From: an uncultured Roseovarius sp. | GTDB lineage: Bacteria; Pseudomonadota; Alphaproteobacteria; Rhodobacterales; Rhodobacteraceae | Length of the DNA stretch: 64,000 nucleotides | Assembly (NCBI GenBank): GCA_947496175.1 | Contig: CANMBU010000003.1 | Coordinates: forward strand, 462,334 to 526,333 | Reading direction: 5' to 3' | In this document: piece by piece, positions 10,365 to 20,093 of the stretch | Position numbering within the stretch: position 1 is the first letter of the stretch | Layout: each line of letters opens with the position of its first letter | Made by a program: the position numbers and the translations under genes | Notes under the pieces: model-generated | Told to the model about the DNA's origin: nothing | Databases searched by the model: none | What the model saw: only the letters and a program-made list of their open reading frames with translations

Positions 10365-11477
10365 ATGGCGCCCAAGCGTCCCGTTGGTGCGGGCGCTATC
10401 CCGAAACAGGTAGAGAGCCCCGCACTGATCAAGCCCGCTCCCGGGCCGCTCTATGCGGCGTTGGATTTGGGAACAAACAGTTGCCGTATGCTGATTGCCC
10501 GGCCAGAGGGCGATCAGTTTAAAGTCGTGGACAGCTTCTCAAAATCAGTTCAACTGGGTGCCGGGCTTGAAAACTCAGGTAAGCTGTCGCGATCCTCAAT
10601 TTACCGCACAATTCAGGCACTTCGCGTGTGCCAGCAAAAGATAAAACGGCACAAGGTGAACCGCATGCGGCTGGTGGCAACCGAAGCCTGCCGACGCGCC
10701 AGCAATGGTGCGGCCTTCATGAAGCGGGTGCGGCGCGAAACGGGTCTTCCGCTGGAAATCATCGAACCGCAGCAAGAGGCGCAGCTGGCTGTAGTGTCCT
10801 GTGCGCCGCTGGTCAGCAAAAAGACTGAGCAGCTTTTGGTCGTGGACATTGGTGGAGGCTCGACCGAGCTTGTGTGGATTGATCTCAAGGATGTGCGTCC
10901 AAGTGAGCGCGCAGGTGCGATCATGCGTATGCATGGCGGGTTTCCGACCTGCGACGGCGAGGGCGCCATGGCGCGTGTTGTCGACTGGATCAGCGTGCCC
11001 TTGGGCGTCGCGACATTGCGCGACCAGTTTCGAGATGTGGAAGATGACGCAGCACGCTTTGCGCTGATGAGTTGGTTTTTTGAGGAAAACCTGGCGGAGT
11101 TTGCACCCTACAAAGATGAACCACCGCGCGATGGCTTTCAGATTGTGGGCACCTCCGGCACTGTAACGACCGTCGCGGCAAGCCATCTGGGTCTTAAACG
11201 CTATGACCGCAACAAGGTTGATGGGCTGCGCATGACCAGTGACGAGATCGACAAGGTGATCCGCACTTATTTGCAGATGGGGCCTGAAGGCCGCCGCAAT
11301 GACCCTCGCATTGGCCTGGATCGTCAGGCGCTCATCATGTCTGGAGCCGCCATCCTGCAAGCTTTGCTGCGGTGTTGGCCTACGGACCGTTTGTCCGTCG
11401 CAGACAGGGGTCTGCGCGAGGGCATGCTTTATGCCCAAATGGCAGCAGACGGCGTTCTGGGCGAGGGGTGTGCGTGA
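10365..11477 (+). CDS. Ppx/GppA family phosphatase
   Basis: [32 protein letters not shown]. Confidence 0.9.
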   Translation: MAPKRPVGAGAIPKQVESPALIKPAPGPLYAALDLGTNSCRMLIARPEGDQFKVVDSFSKSVQLGAGLENSGKLSRSSIYRTIQALRVCQQKIKRHKVNRMRLVATEACRRASNGAAFMKRVRRETGLPLEIIEPQQEAQLAVVSCAPLVSKKTEQLLVVDIGGGSTELVWIDLKDVRPSERAGAIMRMHGGFPTCDGEGAMARVVDWISVPLGVATLRDQFRDVEDDAARFALMSWFFEENLAEFAPYKDEPPRDGFQIVGTSGTVTTVAASHLGLKRYDRNKVDGLRMTSDEIDKVIRTYLQMGPEGRRNDPRIGLDRQALIMSGAAILQALLRCWPTDRLSVADRGLREGMLYAQMAADGVLGEGCA

Positions 11478-12199
11478 TGGCCAAAAAGCCGAGCGGCAAA
11501 AACACGTCCGGGCGCGGGCAGCGGGATCTGACGGTGCGGGTCAAGACCGCCAAGGGGCGTAGATCGTCCTCAACCCGCTGGCTGCAGCGGCAATTGAATG
11601 ACCCTTATGTGAAACGCGCGCAGGCCGAGGGGTATCGTGGGCGCGCGGCCTACAAAATCATGGAGCTTGACGACAAGTTCCGCTTTCTGGTGCCCGGCGC
11701 GCGGGTGGTCGATCTGGGCTGTGCACCGGGAGGCTGGTGTCAGGTGGCGGTGCCGCGTGTCAACGCGCTTGCTGAGAAAAAGAACAAAGCAGTTGGCACC
11801 ATCCTGGGCATAGACCTGCAAGAGGTTGATCCCATCCCCGGATGCGGGATCCATGTGCTTGATTTCATGGAAGACGGGGCCGATGACAAGGTCAAGGATT
11901 GGCTGGGTGGCAAGGCGGATGTCGTGATGTCAGACATGGCCGCGGCGTCTTCAGGGCACAAGCAAACCGACCACCTGCGTATCATCGCGCTTTGCGAAGC
12001 GGCCGCGTATCTGGCCTTCGACGTGTTGGACGAGGGCGGCACATTCGTGTCGAAGGTTTTGGCCGGCGGTGCGGAGGGCGAGCTTCAAAAGCTCTTGAAA
12101 CAGCGTTTTACCAAGGTCGCCAACGTCAAACCACCCGCATCCCGTGCGGACAGTTCCGAAAAATTCGTTGTGGCCACAGGGTTTCGCAGTGCGGGTTAA
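11477..12199 (+). CDS. rlmE: 23S rRNA Um2552 methyltransferase
   Basis: [40 protein letters not shown]. Confidence 0.93.
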   Translation: MAKKPSGKNTSGRGQRDLTVRVKTAKGRRSSSTRWLQRQLNDPYVKRAQAEGYRGRAAYKIMELDDKFRFLVPGARVVDLGCAPGGWCQVAVPRVNALAEKKNKAVGTILGIDLQEVDPIPGCGIHVLDFMEDGADDKVKDWLGGKADVVMSDMAAASSGHKQTDHLRIIALCEAAAYLAFDVLDEGGTFVSKVLAGGAEGELQKLLKQRFTKVANVKPPASRADSSEKFVVATGFRSAG

Positions 12200-12375
12200 C
12201 CACGCGGATTGAGAGACCCCAAAGCGCGCGACAAAAGCTCCTGTTCGCTCATCTGACGCTCTTGCACGGGCTGCGCGGTTGCATGGCTGTGCTGGGTTGC
12301 AATGTTTTCCTGCCGCAACAGCTCAAAAAGCTTCGCGTGACGCACGAAAGTGGGTTCTTCTTGTTCGTCTGACAT
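12196..12375 (-). CDS. Small hypothetical protein
   Basis: 59-aa [13 protein letters not shown]..; weak GAGG RBS; overlaps rlmE stop; no recognisable motif. Confidence 0.35.
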   Translation of the reverse strand: MSDEQEEPTFVRHAKLFELLRQENIATQHSHATAQPVQERQMSEQELLSRALGSLNPRG

Positions 12376-12582
12376 CACACAGCTCTGCCTCAATCTGTGT
12401 GCCCCCGCCGGGGTTGATAGTGTGTTAATAGGGCAGATTTGGCCCAGCCATGGCGCGATTTCGTGACGCTATAAGGGCGGAATGTGGCAGGGCGCGACGC
12501 GGTGACATCAGGCATTTTGACGGAGTAGTTCGGAAAAATTCGCACCCGGAGCGCGCTCAAGTCGCCGGAGGCGGTAGCGCAC

Positions 12583-12596
12583 TAAAATGGCGGAGA
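12583..12596 (+). repeat. Distal att core (displaced tRNA-Ser 3' end)
   Basis: TAAAATGGCGGAGA identical to 30815-30828; followed by a degenerate GGGA..TTCGAAC T-arm copy. Confidence 0.88.
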
Positions 12597-12694
12597 AGCC
12601 GGGACTCAATTCGAACACTTTATTCGATGAGTTAGAGCGGTGGAACGCAGTCCTTGCTGAGCATAAAAACGAATTGCGGGGGCCGAGACCATGA
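12587..12694 (+). CDS. 35-codon frame giving the predicted recombinase C-terminus in the excised (attP) form
   Basis: MAEKPGLNSNTLFDELERWNAVLAEHKNELRGPRP*; same frame through the att core as the recombinase; stop overlaps the mobC ATG (ATGA). Confidence 0.6.
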   Translation: MAEKPGLNSNTLFDELERWNAVLAEHKNELRGPRP

Positions 12695-13080
12695 CACGGC
12701 ACCCTGCAAATTCACCTGAGCCGACCAAGCGTCTTGCGCCTTTTTCTCTTCGTCTGACGGTCGAAGAACGCGAACAGCTTGAACGCCAATCCGGTGGCCT
12801 TTCGCTCGGGGCTTACATCAAATCCGTCATTTTTTCAGATGACGCCCCCAAGTATCGCAAACGCCGCAAAGGTTCGACCGCAGAGCAACAACTGCTCGCC
12901 GAGATACTGGCGCGGCTTGGTCAAACGCGCACAGCCAATAACCTCAATCAGATCGCCAAGCACCTCAATCAAGGAACGCTGGTTGTGGATGAAGAATTAG
13001 AGGCTGATCTCAACCGCGCCGTGGCGGAAGTCGCCTGGATGCGCGCGCAATTGATGAACGCACTCGGGAGAAAGTCATGA
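12691..13080 (+). CDS. mobC: Relaxosome accessory protein (MobC-like, ribbon-helix-helix)
   Basis: FSLRLTVEERE RHH start; NNLNQIAKHLN MobC motif; coupled to relaxase. Confidence 0.85.
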   Translation: MTRHPANSPEPTKRLAPFSLRLTVEEREQLERQSGGLSLGAYIKSVIFSDDAPKYRKRRKGSTAEQQLLAEILARLGQTRTANNLNQIAKHLNQGTLVVDEELEADLNRAVAEVAWMRAQLMNALGRKS

Positions 13081-14351
13081 TCCTGATTGCCTCCCAACGT
13101 TCTGGTGCCCGTGATTTGGCTGATCATTTGATGAACGACATTGAGAATGATCATGTTGAACTGGCAGACCTCACAGGTTTTATGTCTGATGATCTACATG
13201 GGGCATTGGATGAAGCCTATGCCATTTCCAAGGCAACCAAGTGCCAGAAATTCCTTTTTTCAGTGTCCCTAAATCCACCCGGTGATGCTGTGATCTCCAA
13301 GGAAGAGTTTCAGGAGACGGCGGATCGCGTTGCAGAGCATTTAGGCATTCAAGATCAGCCGCGCGCACTGGTCATTCACGAGAAACAGGGCCGCCGTCAT
13401 GCGCACGTAGTGTTCTCAAGAATTGATGGTGAAAACTTAAAAGCCATTGAGCTTGGCCTCTTTAAAGCCAAGCTGCGTGATCTTTCCCGTGATCTGTTTT
13501 TGGAACATGGCTGGAGACTGCCAGAGGGATTGAGCGTCTACGGGAATAAAAACCCGCTCAACTTCACACTCGCCGAATGGCAACAGGCGCAACGCATTGG
13601 CGTTGATCCAAGAGAGATCAAACAGGCATTTCAGGATGCCTGGGAGCAATCAGATGATTTGAAGTCCTTGTCCAATGCTCTTGAGGACAAAGGGTTATTT
13701 TTGGCCAAGGGAGATCGCCGTGGATTTGTCGCTCTTGATATTGAGGGGAATATCTATGCGCTGGCGAAATGGACGGGGCTTAAAACCAAGGAGGTGAAAG
13801 AGCGGTTGGGGTCGCCTGACGCGTTGTCGTCGGTGTCTGACACACTGGTCGCGTTGAAACGCAAGAAGACCACGCAGGTTCGCGACTACATCCTGCAGGT
13901 CAAGGATCGCCACGCCAGAGAAATGCGCCCCTTCTTTGAGGAACGTGCCAGTCTCGTCACAACCCAAAGGAAAGAGCGCAGCACTCTCAAAGCAAAACAG
14001 GACGCGCGATGGATTGCAGAAACTAAAGAGAGATCAGACCGCCTCAATTCTGGTTTGCGAGGTCTCTTTGATCGTTTGACGGGCGCGCATGGCAAGATCA
14101 TCAAACAGAATGAGCGTGAAGCCTGGGCTGGTCTCAATCGCGATCAGGAACAGCGTGATACTTTGATCCTGGCGCAAATGACTGAACGCAAGGAGTTGCA
14201 GGAGCGCGCCTTAAAAACTCGCCACAAACATCGTCTTGAACGCAAACAAATGGCCCATGTTGTGCGCCACTACATGAACAACCCTGAGCACGATAACAGC
14301 CCGCGCCGTACGCGGCATCGGTCACAGGAACCACCGGGCTTTAGTCGCTAA
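13077..14351 (+). CDS. Relaxase/mobilisation nuclease (MOBP-like) with C-terminal coiled coil
   Basis: SVSLNPP motif II; VIHEKQGRRHAHVVFSR HUH motif III. Confidence 0.88.
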   Translation: MILIASQRSGARDLADHLMNDIENDHVELADLTGFMSDDLHGALDEAYAISKATKCQKFLFSVSLNPPGDAVISKEEFQETADRVAEHLGIQDQPRALVIHEKQGRRHAHVVFSRIDGENLKAIELGLFKAKLRDLSRDLFLEHGWRLPEGLSVYGNKNPLNFTLAEWQQAQRIGVDPREIKQAFQDAWEQSDDLKSLSNALEDKGLFLAKGDRRGFVALDIEGNIYALAKWTGLKTKEVKERLGSPDALSSVSDTLVALKRKKTTQVRDYILQVKDRHAREMRPFFEERASLVTTQRKERSTLKAKQDARWIAETKERSDRLNSGLRGLFDRLTGAHGKIIKQNEREAWAGLNRDQEQRDTLILAQMTERKELQERALKTRHKHRLERKQMAHVVRHYMNNPEHDNSPRRTRHRSQEPPGFSR

Positions 14352-14401
14352 TCCGCGACACACCCTCAATCCACATCATTCATATCCAATAGGAGATTGC
14401 C

Positions 14402-16219
14402 ATGTCCTGGCACATCAAAACTGCGGTCCTTGCGACCGCACTGGTAACCCTTTGTCTGTTCACATCTGATCCCGCCTTTGCAGACTTCGTCTGGCGTAAT
14501 GGTCGTTGGGTGGACAATTACACTTACAGACCCGCTCGCGATCCATTGATCTGGCTCTCATTTATGAGACTTATTCTGGTCGCAGGGTCTGCCGCCCTCG
14601 GCTTTGCGATTGGGTGGTTCTTCTCGCCCCAGGGTCATCCAGCCCGTCAAATCATACTCATTCTTCTTGGTGTTGTCGCAATGGGTGTGGTTCTCATTGA
14701 TCAAAGCGCCTTGGGATGGAGCACCGCAACCCTGATGGCTATTGTTGGTTTTTTCTGGGGTATTGGCTTCTGGCTTGGCAAGGGGCTGAAACAGGTCTTT
14801 GATACTCCAACAACCTTTGGTTCTGCCAAATGGGCAGATGCGGAGCATTTGACCCAGAAAGGTCTCTTCACCAAAACCAAAGGTCTTTTGTTGGGACTGG
14901 CCTTTGATGGCAATCTGATGTCCCGTATTTACTACTCGGGTGATCGTCACGCCCTGACCGTTGCGCCCAATCGCTCGGGCAAGGGATTTGCCCATATAAT
15001 TCCAAACCTTCTTAAATATCTTGGCTCGGTTCTGGTGATCGATCCTAAGGGTGAGAATGCCATTATCACTGCCAAGAGACGAGAAGAGATGGGCCAAAAG
15101 GTTCATCTGATTGACCCCTGGGATATTGCGGCAACGAAGTCTGGCTTTGAACCCGCCAGGATTAATCCTCTTGACTGGATTACGATGGATGATCCTGACG
15201 CGCCAGAGAACGCCAAGCTTCTAACAGACGCCCTGGTGCAATCCAAACCCAAGAGTGATCCGTTCTGGCTGGAAGAGGCCAAAGCTCTTTTGCAGGGCTT
15301 GATCCTGCTCGTTGCCTTGGACGAAACCTACGAGGGACGGCGCAATCTGGGAACTGTCCGTGATCTTATGCTGTTGGATGGGAAAGAGATGAAGGCGCTG
15401 TTTCAGTATATGGCCAACTCCGCTCATCCTTTGATCGTCTCCACAGGATCGCGTTCCTTGCAAAAGGAAGAAAAGCTGATGGCCAATGTTTTGGCCTCGG
15501 TTCAGGCGGAAACCCATATGCTGGACAGTCATCGTGTTCGTGATGCGCTGTCGGCGTCTGACTTCAGCTTTGAAGACCTCAAGAAAGACCCAATGTCGGT
15601 GTTTCTGATCCTGCCAGCAGATCGCCTGAACTCCTTCAATGCATTTCTGCGTTTGATGGTCCAACAGGCGATTACTGTGAATGCCCGCAACATCACGGAC
15701 AAACCAGAAAAGCCTGTGCTTTTCATTCTTGATGAAATGCCAGCCTTGGGACGTCTGTCGATGCTGGAACAGGCCTATGGGCTGATGGCGGGTTTTGGTA
15801 TGCAGTTCTGGGGCATCGTCCAGGACTTGAGCCAGCTTCGCCGTGTTTATGGGGAAGATTATGAGAGCTTCATCGCCAATTGCGGGATGGTGTCCTACTT
15901 TGGCTCCCCTGACAAACGAACGGCGGAATATTTCTCTTCCCTTTGCGGGGTCACTACTGTGCCCAATTTGAGCACGGCGGTTGCATCGGCGGTCAGTCAT
16001 AATTTTGGTTCCGGCGGTGGCGGCAGTGAATCCACCACCAGTACGGACACACGCTCGGCAACACAGCGCAAACTGGCCTATCCCGATGAATTGATGCGGA
16101 TGCATCAAGACCAGCAACTCATCTTCATTGAGAACACTGACCCGATCCTCTCAGAGAAGATCAAGTGGTTTGAAGACCCGGAGCTCTCCAAGCTCGGTGT
16201 AGATACCCACAAGTCTTAG
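14402..16219 (+). CDS. VirD4/TraG-type type IV coupling protein
   Basis: N-terminal TM segments; TFGSAKWA; Walker A APNRSGKG; VIDPKGEN; Walker B FILDEMPALG; QDLSQL. Confidence 0.9.
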   Translation: MSWHIKTAVLATALVTLCLFTSDPAFADFVWRNGRWVDNYTYRPARDPLIWLSFMRLILVAGSAALGFAIGWFFSPQGHPARQIILILLGVVAMGVVLIDQSALGWSTATLMAIVGFFWGIGFWLGKGLKQVFDTPTTFGSAKWADAEHLTQKGLFTKTKGLLLGLAFDGNLMSRIYYSGDRHALTVAPNRSGKGFAHIIPNLLKYLGSVLVIDPKGENAIITAKRREEMGQKVHLIDPWDIAATKSGFEPARINPLDWITMDDPDAPENAKLLTDALVQSKPKSDPFWLEEAKALLQGLILLVALDETYEGRRNLGTVRDLMLLDGKEMKALFQYMANSAHPLIVSTGSRSLQKEEKLMANVLASVQAETHMLDSHRVRDALSASDFSFEDLKKDPMSVFLILPADRLNSFNAFLRLMVQQAITVNARNITDKPEKPVLFILDEMPALGRLSMLEQAYGLMAGFGMQFWGIVQDLSQLRRVYGEDYESFIANCGMVSYFGSPDKRTAEYFSSLCGVTTVPNLSTAVASAVSHNFGSGGGGSESTTSTDTRSATQRKLAYPDELMRMHQDQQLIFIENTDPILSEKIKWFEDPELSKLGVDTHKS

Positions 16220-16292
16220 TCCAGCACATCGCTCATGCTCCTCCCATTCTGGGGGGAGCACCTTTCCCACTTTCATATGAGGAGGTCAGACA

Positions 16293-17201
16293 ATGGCCGA
16301 TCCCAAAGACCCGTTTAATCGTATCACCAATCCTGACGGCACGCCCGTGCGCGACAAGGACAACGCGCATCCTGTTTTAAAACCCGTCAATCAAAACCTG
16401 CGTCCAGCCCAAAACCTGGCCCCAGGCGGATCAATGGGCATTCGGCAACGTAAGTCCAGTGACCTTGTCCCGCAGCGCCCATCAGTTGAGATTATCAACA
16501 GAATTGATACTGATACGCATCGCTATATTGATGGTCGCATCACAACCATGCCTGACATGCGTGTCATGGCGATGATCAATGACAAGCCCTCGCCAGTTGG
16601 GATTGAAGAGGGGCATGTTGATCAGCTCGTCCTCATGCAAATGGACAAGACCGTCGCGCGCTATAATCGTGGTTGGGAAATTGACCCGCAAACGCCTCAG
16701 CACAAACAGGCGATACAATTTTTTAGAGAAGAGTTTGATCCCTCCTACGAAAAGCAAAGATCAAATGATCTGGTCCCAAAACAGCAACCAGAAAAGGAAC
16801 GTATCAAGTTCACAAAATCACCAGAACGTTCTGAAGAAAGCACCCGTTCAGGTGCGGCTCCTGCGTTTCAGAATGTGTCCAGTGAGCTTTCTTGTGAACC
16901 CGTTCGCAATACAAATTGGGTCAAAGGCAAAATCTTGTCCATGCCAGGCTACACCTTCCATGCCAAAGTGTTTGATTTGCCCTCTTCATACGGGATTGAC
17001 GATGGGCGGATTTCCAAACTGCAAGTTCTGAAACACGGCCAGGAAGTGGTCAACTATGAACGAGGCTGGGATCAAAAACCCGATACGCCCGAACAGGTTG
17101 AAGCTGTACATCGCATTAGACGTGGTCTTGGTGACATGCCTGAGAAAGAGTTTCAGGCGTACCAGCACATGCCCGACAAAGGGCATGGGTTTGAGCGGTA
17201 G
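16293..17201 (+). CDS. Hypothetical protein with a duplicated ~65-aa domain
   Basis: GGAGG RBS; two homologous units ending ..GIEEGHVDQL..YNRGW and ..GIDDGRISKL..YERGW. Confidence 0.8.
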   Translation: MADPKDPFNRITNPDGTPVRDKDNAHPVLKPVNQNLRPAQNLAPGGSMGIRQRKSSDLVPQRPSVEIINRIDTDTHRYIDGRITTMPDMRVMAMINDKPSPVGIEEGHVDQLVLMQMDKTVARYNRGWEIDPQTPQHKQAIQFFREEFDPSYEKQRSNDLVPKQQPEKERIKFTKSPERSEESTRSGAAPAFQNVSSELSCEPVRNTNWVKGKILSMPGYTFHAKVFDLPSSYGIDDGRISKLQVLKHGQEVVNYERGWDQKPDTPEQVEAVHRIRRGLGDMPEKEFQAYQHMPDKGHGFER

Positions 17202-17326
17202 GTTGCTCTAAAACTACTTGATTGTATTTTCGTCAAAGCGCGATGCAAAGACTTAGGTACAACTATGCAGAGCCTTGACCAGCTTGAATCGAACCAGAGT
17301 GGAACACAAAATGAGAAAGAATTCAG

Positions 17327-17575
17327 TCAGATACTTCTTCTCGAGAAAGGTTGCATTTTGACGTTTCGGGAAACTACAAAATCATTTCCAACCTTTTCCT
17401 TTAACTCAGCGAGACGGCCCTCAGCGACTTCAACATCTGCACAGCGACCTCTGTCAAAAACTTTCACAAGCTTAACAAAGTCCACGTCAGCCAATACTTT
17501 ACCATAGTCTAATTGCCCGCCAGAGTGGTTCATCGACATACGTTTCGCCGCTCGCATACTCAATGTACAAATCAT
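17327..17575 (-). CDS. Small protein directly downstream of the S8 peptidase (possible I9/prodomain-like partner)
   Basis: 82-aa ORF, same strand, 30 bp after the S8 stop; alternating beta/alpha pattern. Confidence 0.55.
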   Translation of the reverse strand: MICTLSMRAAKRMSMNHSGGQLDYGKVLADVDFVKLVKVFDRGRCADVEVAEGRLAELKEKVGNDFVVSRNVKMQPFSRRSI

Positions 17576-17605
17576 AGCTCGAACCTACCACATTGATTAG
17601 AAAGG

Positions 17606-18820
17606 TTAAATAGGAACATTTTCCTTTATTTGTGGCAATTTAATGATGCCAAACCCTTGTTTGTCGTGGTGGATACCTGTGTCGTCACATAAATCTTTCA
17701 ATGTTTCTTTAACATAGTCAACTCTCTGTTGCAAAGAATTGTCTTGTTTTTCAAAGTCTTTCTTGCACAACACTTGTGATAAAATTGCTGTCACAATTGG
17801 AGCAGCAAAAGAAGTACCATCCATCTCAAAAATCGATCCATCTGAATAAGCAATGTCAACACCGATACCGGGAGCTACAGCGTCCAAGCCTGGCCCAAAG
17901 CAGGTTCCATGGTGAAAGAAAACAGATTGGCCGTCAGACGTTCGCCCTATATTTCCAACATCTTCCAGGGATTCCACCTGACTGATATTGTAGTCTGTTC
18001 CAACTGGTGCTGCGTCCACCAACCCTATGCTTCCCACTCCTACCACCGTAGGCAACTCCGCTGGCATTGCCAATTGGCGGACATTTTCGTTTCCAGCAGC
18101 AACCACAACGGCACAACCATTCAACAAAGCAAACTCAATTTCTTCTTCAAAACGCTCCTTCGCTTCAACGTGCTCTAATTTGGTATCGTCAAAATGAAAG
18201 CCGCTTGAAATGTTGATCACGTCAACACCATAGTCTTGAACTAGGGCCGAGATACCTGAACACGCTGTCTTGGTATCTAAATACTCACCGGAAGCATCTG
18301 CAGCATCCCACAGGAATATCTCATAGTCAGAAACGCCATCTAGAACGCTCGAAACGACCGTGGCAACATGAAGCCCGTGAAAATTGACGGGTGAATTTTC
18401 ACTGGGCAAATTCTCGTCTAATCCAACTACGTGCAAAGGATTTGCATCAGGTGAGCGAGGCACGCCGATGTCTATCACTCCGATCCTAGTCCTTTTATCC
18501 TTACCAAAAGCAACACCCCCGCAAGTCAAGTTTCTCCACCAACTGGATTCCCCGTTCGCTTTAATTTCCGGACAATAAATTTTTTGTTCCCTTTTCGAGT
18601 ATTCCAGACTCTTTGTAACACGCCAGTGCCCATCACATGGGATAACACGAACTTTGTCCGGGTAAATTCCCTCCAAAACTGGAACTTCAACGCACCCGTC
18701 CTCCATCGTTGGAAATAGTCGATCGTGCACGCGAGCCCCATAGTGAAACTCTAATAACGCACCAATCGGTTGATCTACGGGACCAAGAACTTGTACCTTC
18801 TTACCACTCATGTTTTGCAT
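17606..18820 (-). CDS. S8 (subtilase) serine peptidase, no signal peptide
   Basis: Catalytic motifs IGVIDIG, HGLHVA, AAGN, GTSFAAP. Confidence 0.88.
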   Translation of the reverse strand: MQNMSGKKVQVLGPVDQPIGALLEFHYGARVHDRLFPTMEDGCVEVPVLEGIYPDKVRVIPCDGHWRVTKSLEYSKREQKIYCPEIKANGESSWWRNLTCGGVAFGKDKRTRIGVIDIGVPRSPDANPLHVVGLDENLPSENSPVNFHGLHVATVVSSVLDGVSDYEIFLWDAADASGEYLDTKTACSGISALVQDYGVDVINISSGFHFDDTKLEHVEAKERFEEEIEFALLNGCAVVVAAGNENVRQLAMPAELPTVVGVGSIGLVDAAPVGTDYNISQVESLEDVGNIGRTSDGQSVFFHHGTCFGPGLDAVAPGIGVDIAYSDGSIFEMDGTSFAAPIVTAILSQVLCKKDFEKQDNSLQQRVDYVKETLKDLCDDTGIHHDKQGFGIIKLPQIKENVPI

Positions 18821-18837
18821 AACCTTTGGGAATCATT

Positions 18838-19197
18838 ATGGACTTTGAAAATTTAACAGAAGATCAACTTCGCGCTCTAGAAGAATTAGGGGAAGAATTG
18901 GAAAAAGTTTCCTGGCAGCCTGAAACTATTCCGATGAAGCCGTATGGATTGGGGAAAAAGATCAGTAATGCGAAACTGCTCGCGATAAACTACGTCAATG
19001 AAAACCGTGAGGAAATGCAAAAGCATGTTTGCAAAGACAATGCGGTAAAGATTGAGATACAAGCTGCCGGCGCCAGTACAGCAACAGTCGCTGACGCCTT
19101 TCAGGCCATGGCAGGTGCACCAATACCAGTTTGGAATCTAGCAAATGTCGTATGTATGTTAGGTCTCGGTAAATTTTGCCAATGGAAGGCAAAGTAA
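18838..19197 (+). CDS. Hypothetical protein divergent from the S8 peptidase
   Basis: 119-aa ORF; acidic N-terminus; small-residue/hydrophobic C-terminus (..VVCMLGLGKFC). Confidence 0.7.
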   Translation: MDFENLTEDQLRALEELGEELEKVSWQPETIPMKPYGLGKKISNAKLLAINYVNENREEMQKHVCKDNAVKIEIQAAGASTATVADAFQAMAGAPIPVWNLANVVCMLGLGKFCQWKAK

Positions 19198-19237
19198 ACT
19201 AGGAACGATGTTTTTTCTGCATTCTACATTGAGGATT

Positions 19238-19858
19238 CTAAACCACCGCCACCTTGTTTACCGCCCGTATGATCGTTTGCGGTGACAACTCTAACTCTTC
19301 TGCCAACTCATCGACAGACGCCATCCCCGAATGCAGTCTTTCCTTTAGGATCGGCACCACCTCCGGCGGAATAGCCCTGGGCCTGCCAATATGCACACCC
19401 CTGGCACGGGCGGCTTCCATCCCTGCCTTGGTGCGTTCGCGGATTTGCTCGCGCTCAAACTCTGCAAACACGGCCAATTGACCATATAGCAATCGTCCAA
19501 TGGATGTGGTGGTGTCGATCCTTTGGGTGAGGGCTATGAAGTCCACGCCATTCTCGCGCAGATCTTCGAGAAGTTGTAGGAGGTGCAGCACAGATCGGCT
19601 GAGACGATCCAGTTTCCACACTACCAGCGTGTCGCCGGAACCAAGCTCTCCTAGGAGTGTTTCGAGCGAGCATCGATCTTTGATAGCGCCTGAGACGCCC
19701 AAGTCACCATAGATGGTATCGCACCCTGCCTCTTTGAGCGCATCCACCTGTAGAGCCTCAGATTGGTCAGCGTCCGACACGCGGACATAACCGATTTTGC
19801 GCCCTTTTGGTCTAAGCTCTTGTTTGGACTCTGTGTTTCTCTGTTGAGGTTTGTTCAT
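19238..19858 (-). CDS. Small serine recombinase (Hin/Pin-type invertase/resolvase)
   Basis: IGYVRVS..Q catalytic Ser, LVVWKLDRLSRS, IDTTT..GRL, ERT.AGM.AAR..G..GRP, C-terminal HTH. Confidence 0.93.
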   Translation of the reverse strand: MNKPQQRNTESKQELRPKGRKIGYVRVSDADQSEALQVDALKEAGCDTIYGDLGVSGAIKDRCSLETLLGELGSGDTLVVWKLDRLSRSVLHLLQLLEDLRENGVDFIALTQRIDTTTSIGRLLYGQLAVFAEFEREQIRERTKAGMEAARARGVHIGRPRAIPPEVVPILKERLHSGMASVDELAEELELSPQTIIRAVNKVAVV

Positions 19859-19915
19859 TGGCTCAGTGTGCCACTTGAGTGGCTTCGTACAAGCGGAATT
19901 CATGGCATTTTCTCC

Positions 19916-20060
19916 TTGTCAAAAGGGGTCCCTTTGCGAAGCCGCTGAATCCGAGGTTTTGCGCGATCTCATTGATCCGAGATTTCTGTGGATAAACGGG
20001 GATTTGGTGCGTTTGCCCCGCCGCGTGGTAAGAGTTATCTAAAGGGACCCCTTTTGATGG
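19916..20060. repeat. Two inverted 26-bp hix-like recombination sites enclosing ~120 bp
   Basis: TTGTCAAAAGGG-GT-CCCTTTGCGAAG (19916-19941) and TTATCTAAAGGG-AC-CCCTTTTGATGG (20035-20060); perfect 17-bp inverted repeat 19919-19935/20041-20057. Confidence 0.75.
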
Positions 20061-20093
20061 GTGATTGGTTGCGAATGAAGACCGCATCATAGC

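Noticed and set aside
19919-19935. Tn3-type terminal repeat (GGGGTC)
   Set aside because: No transposase, no 38-bp IR or target duplication; the palindrome-with-core layout fits invertase sites better
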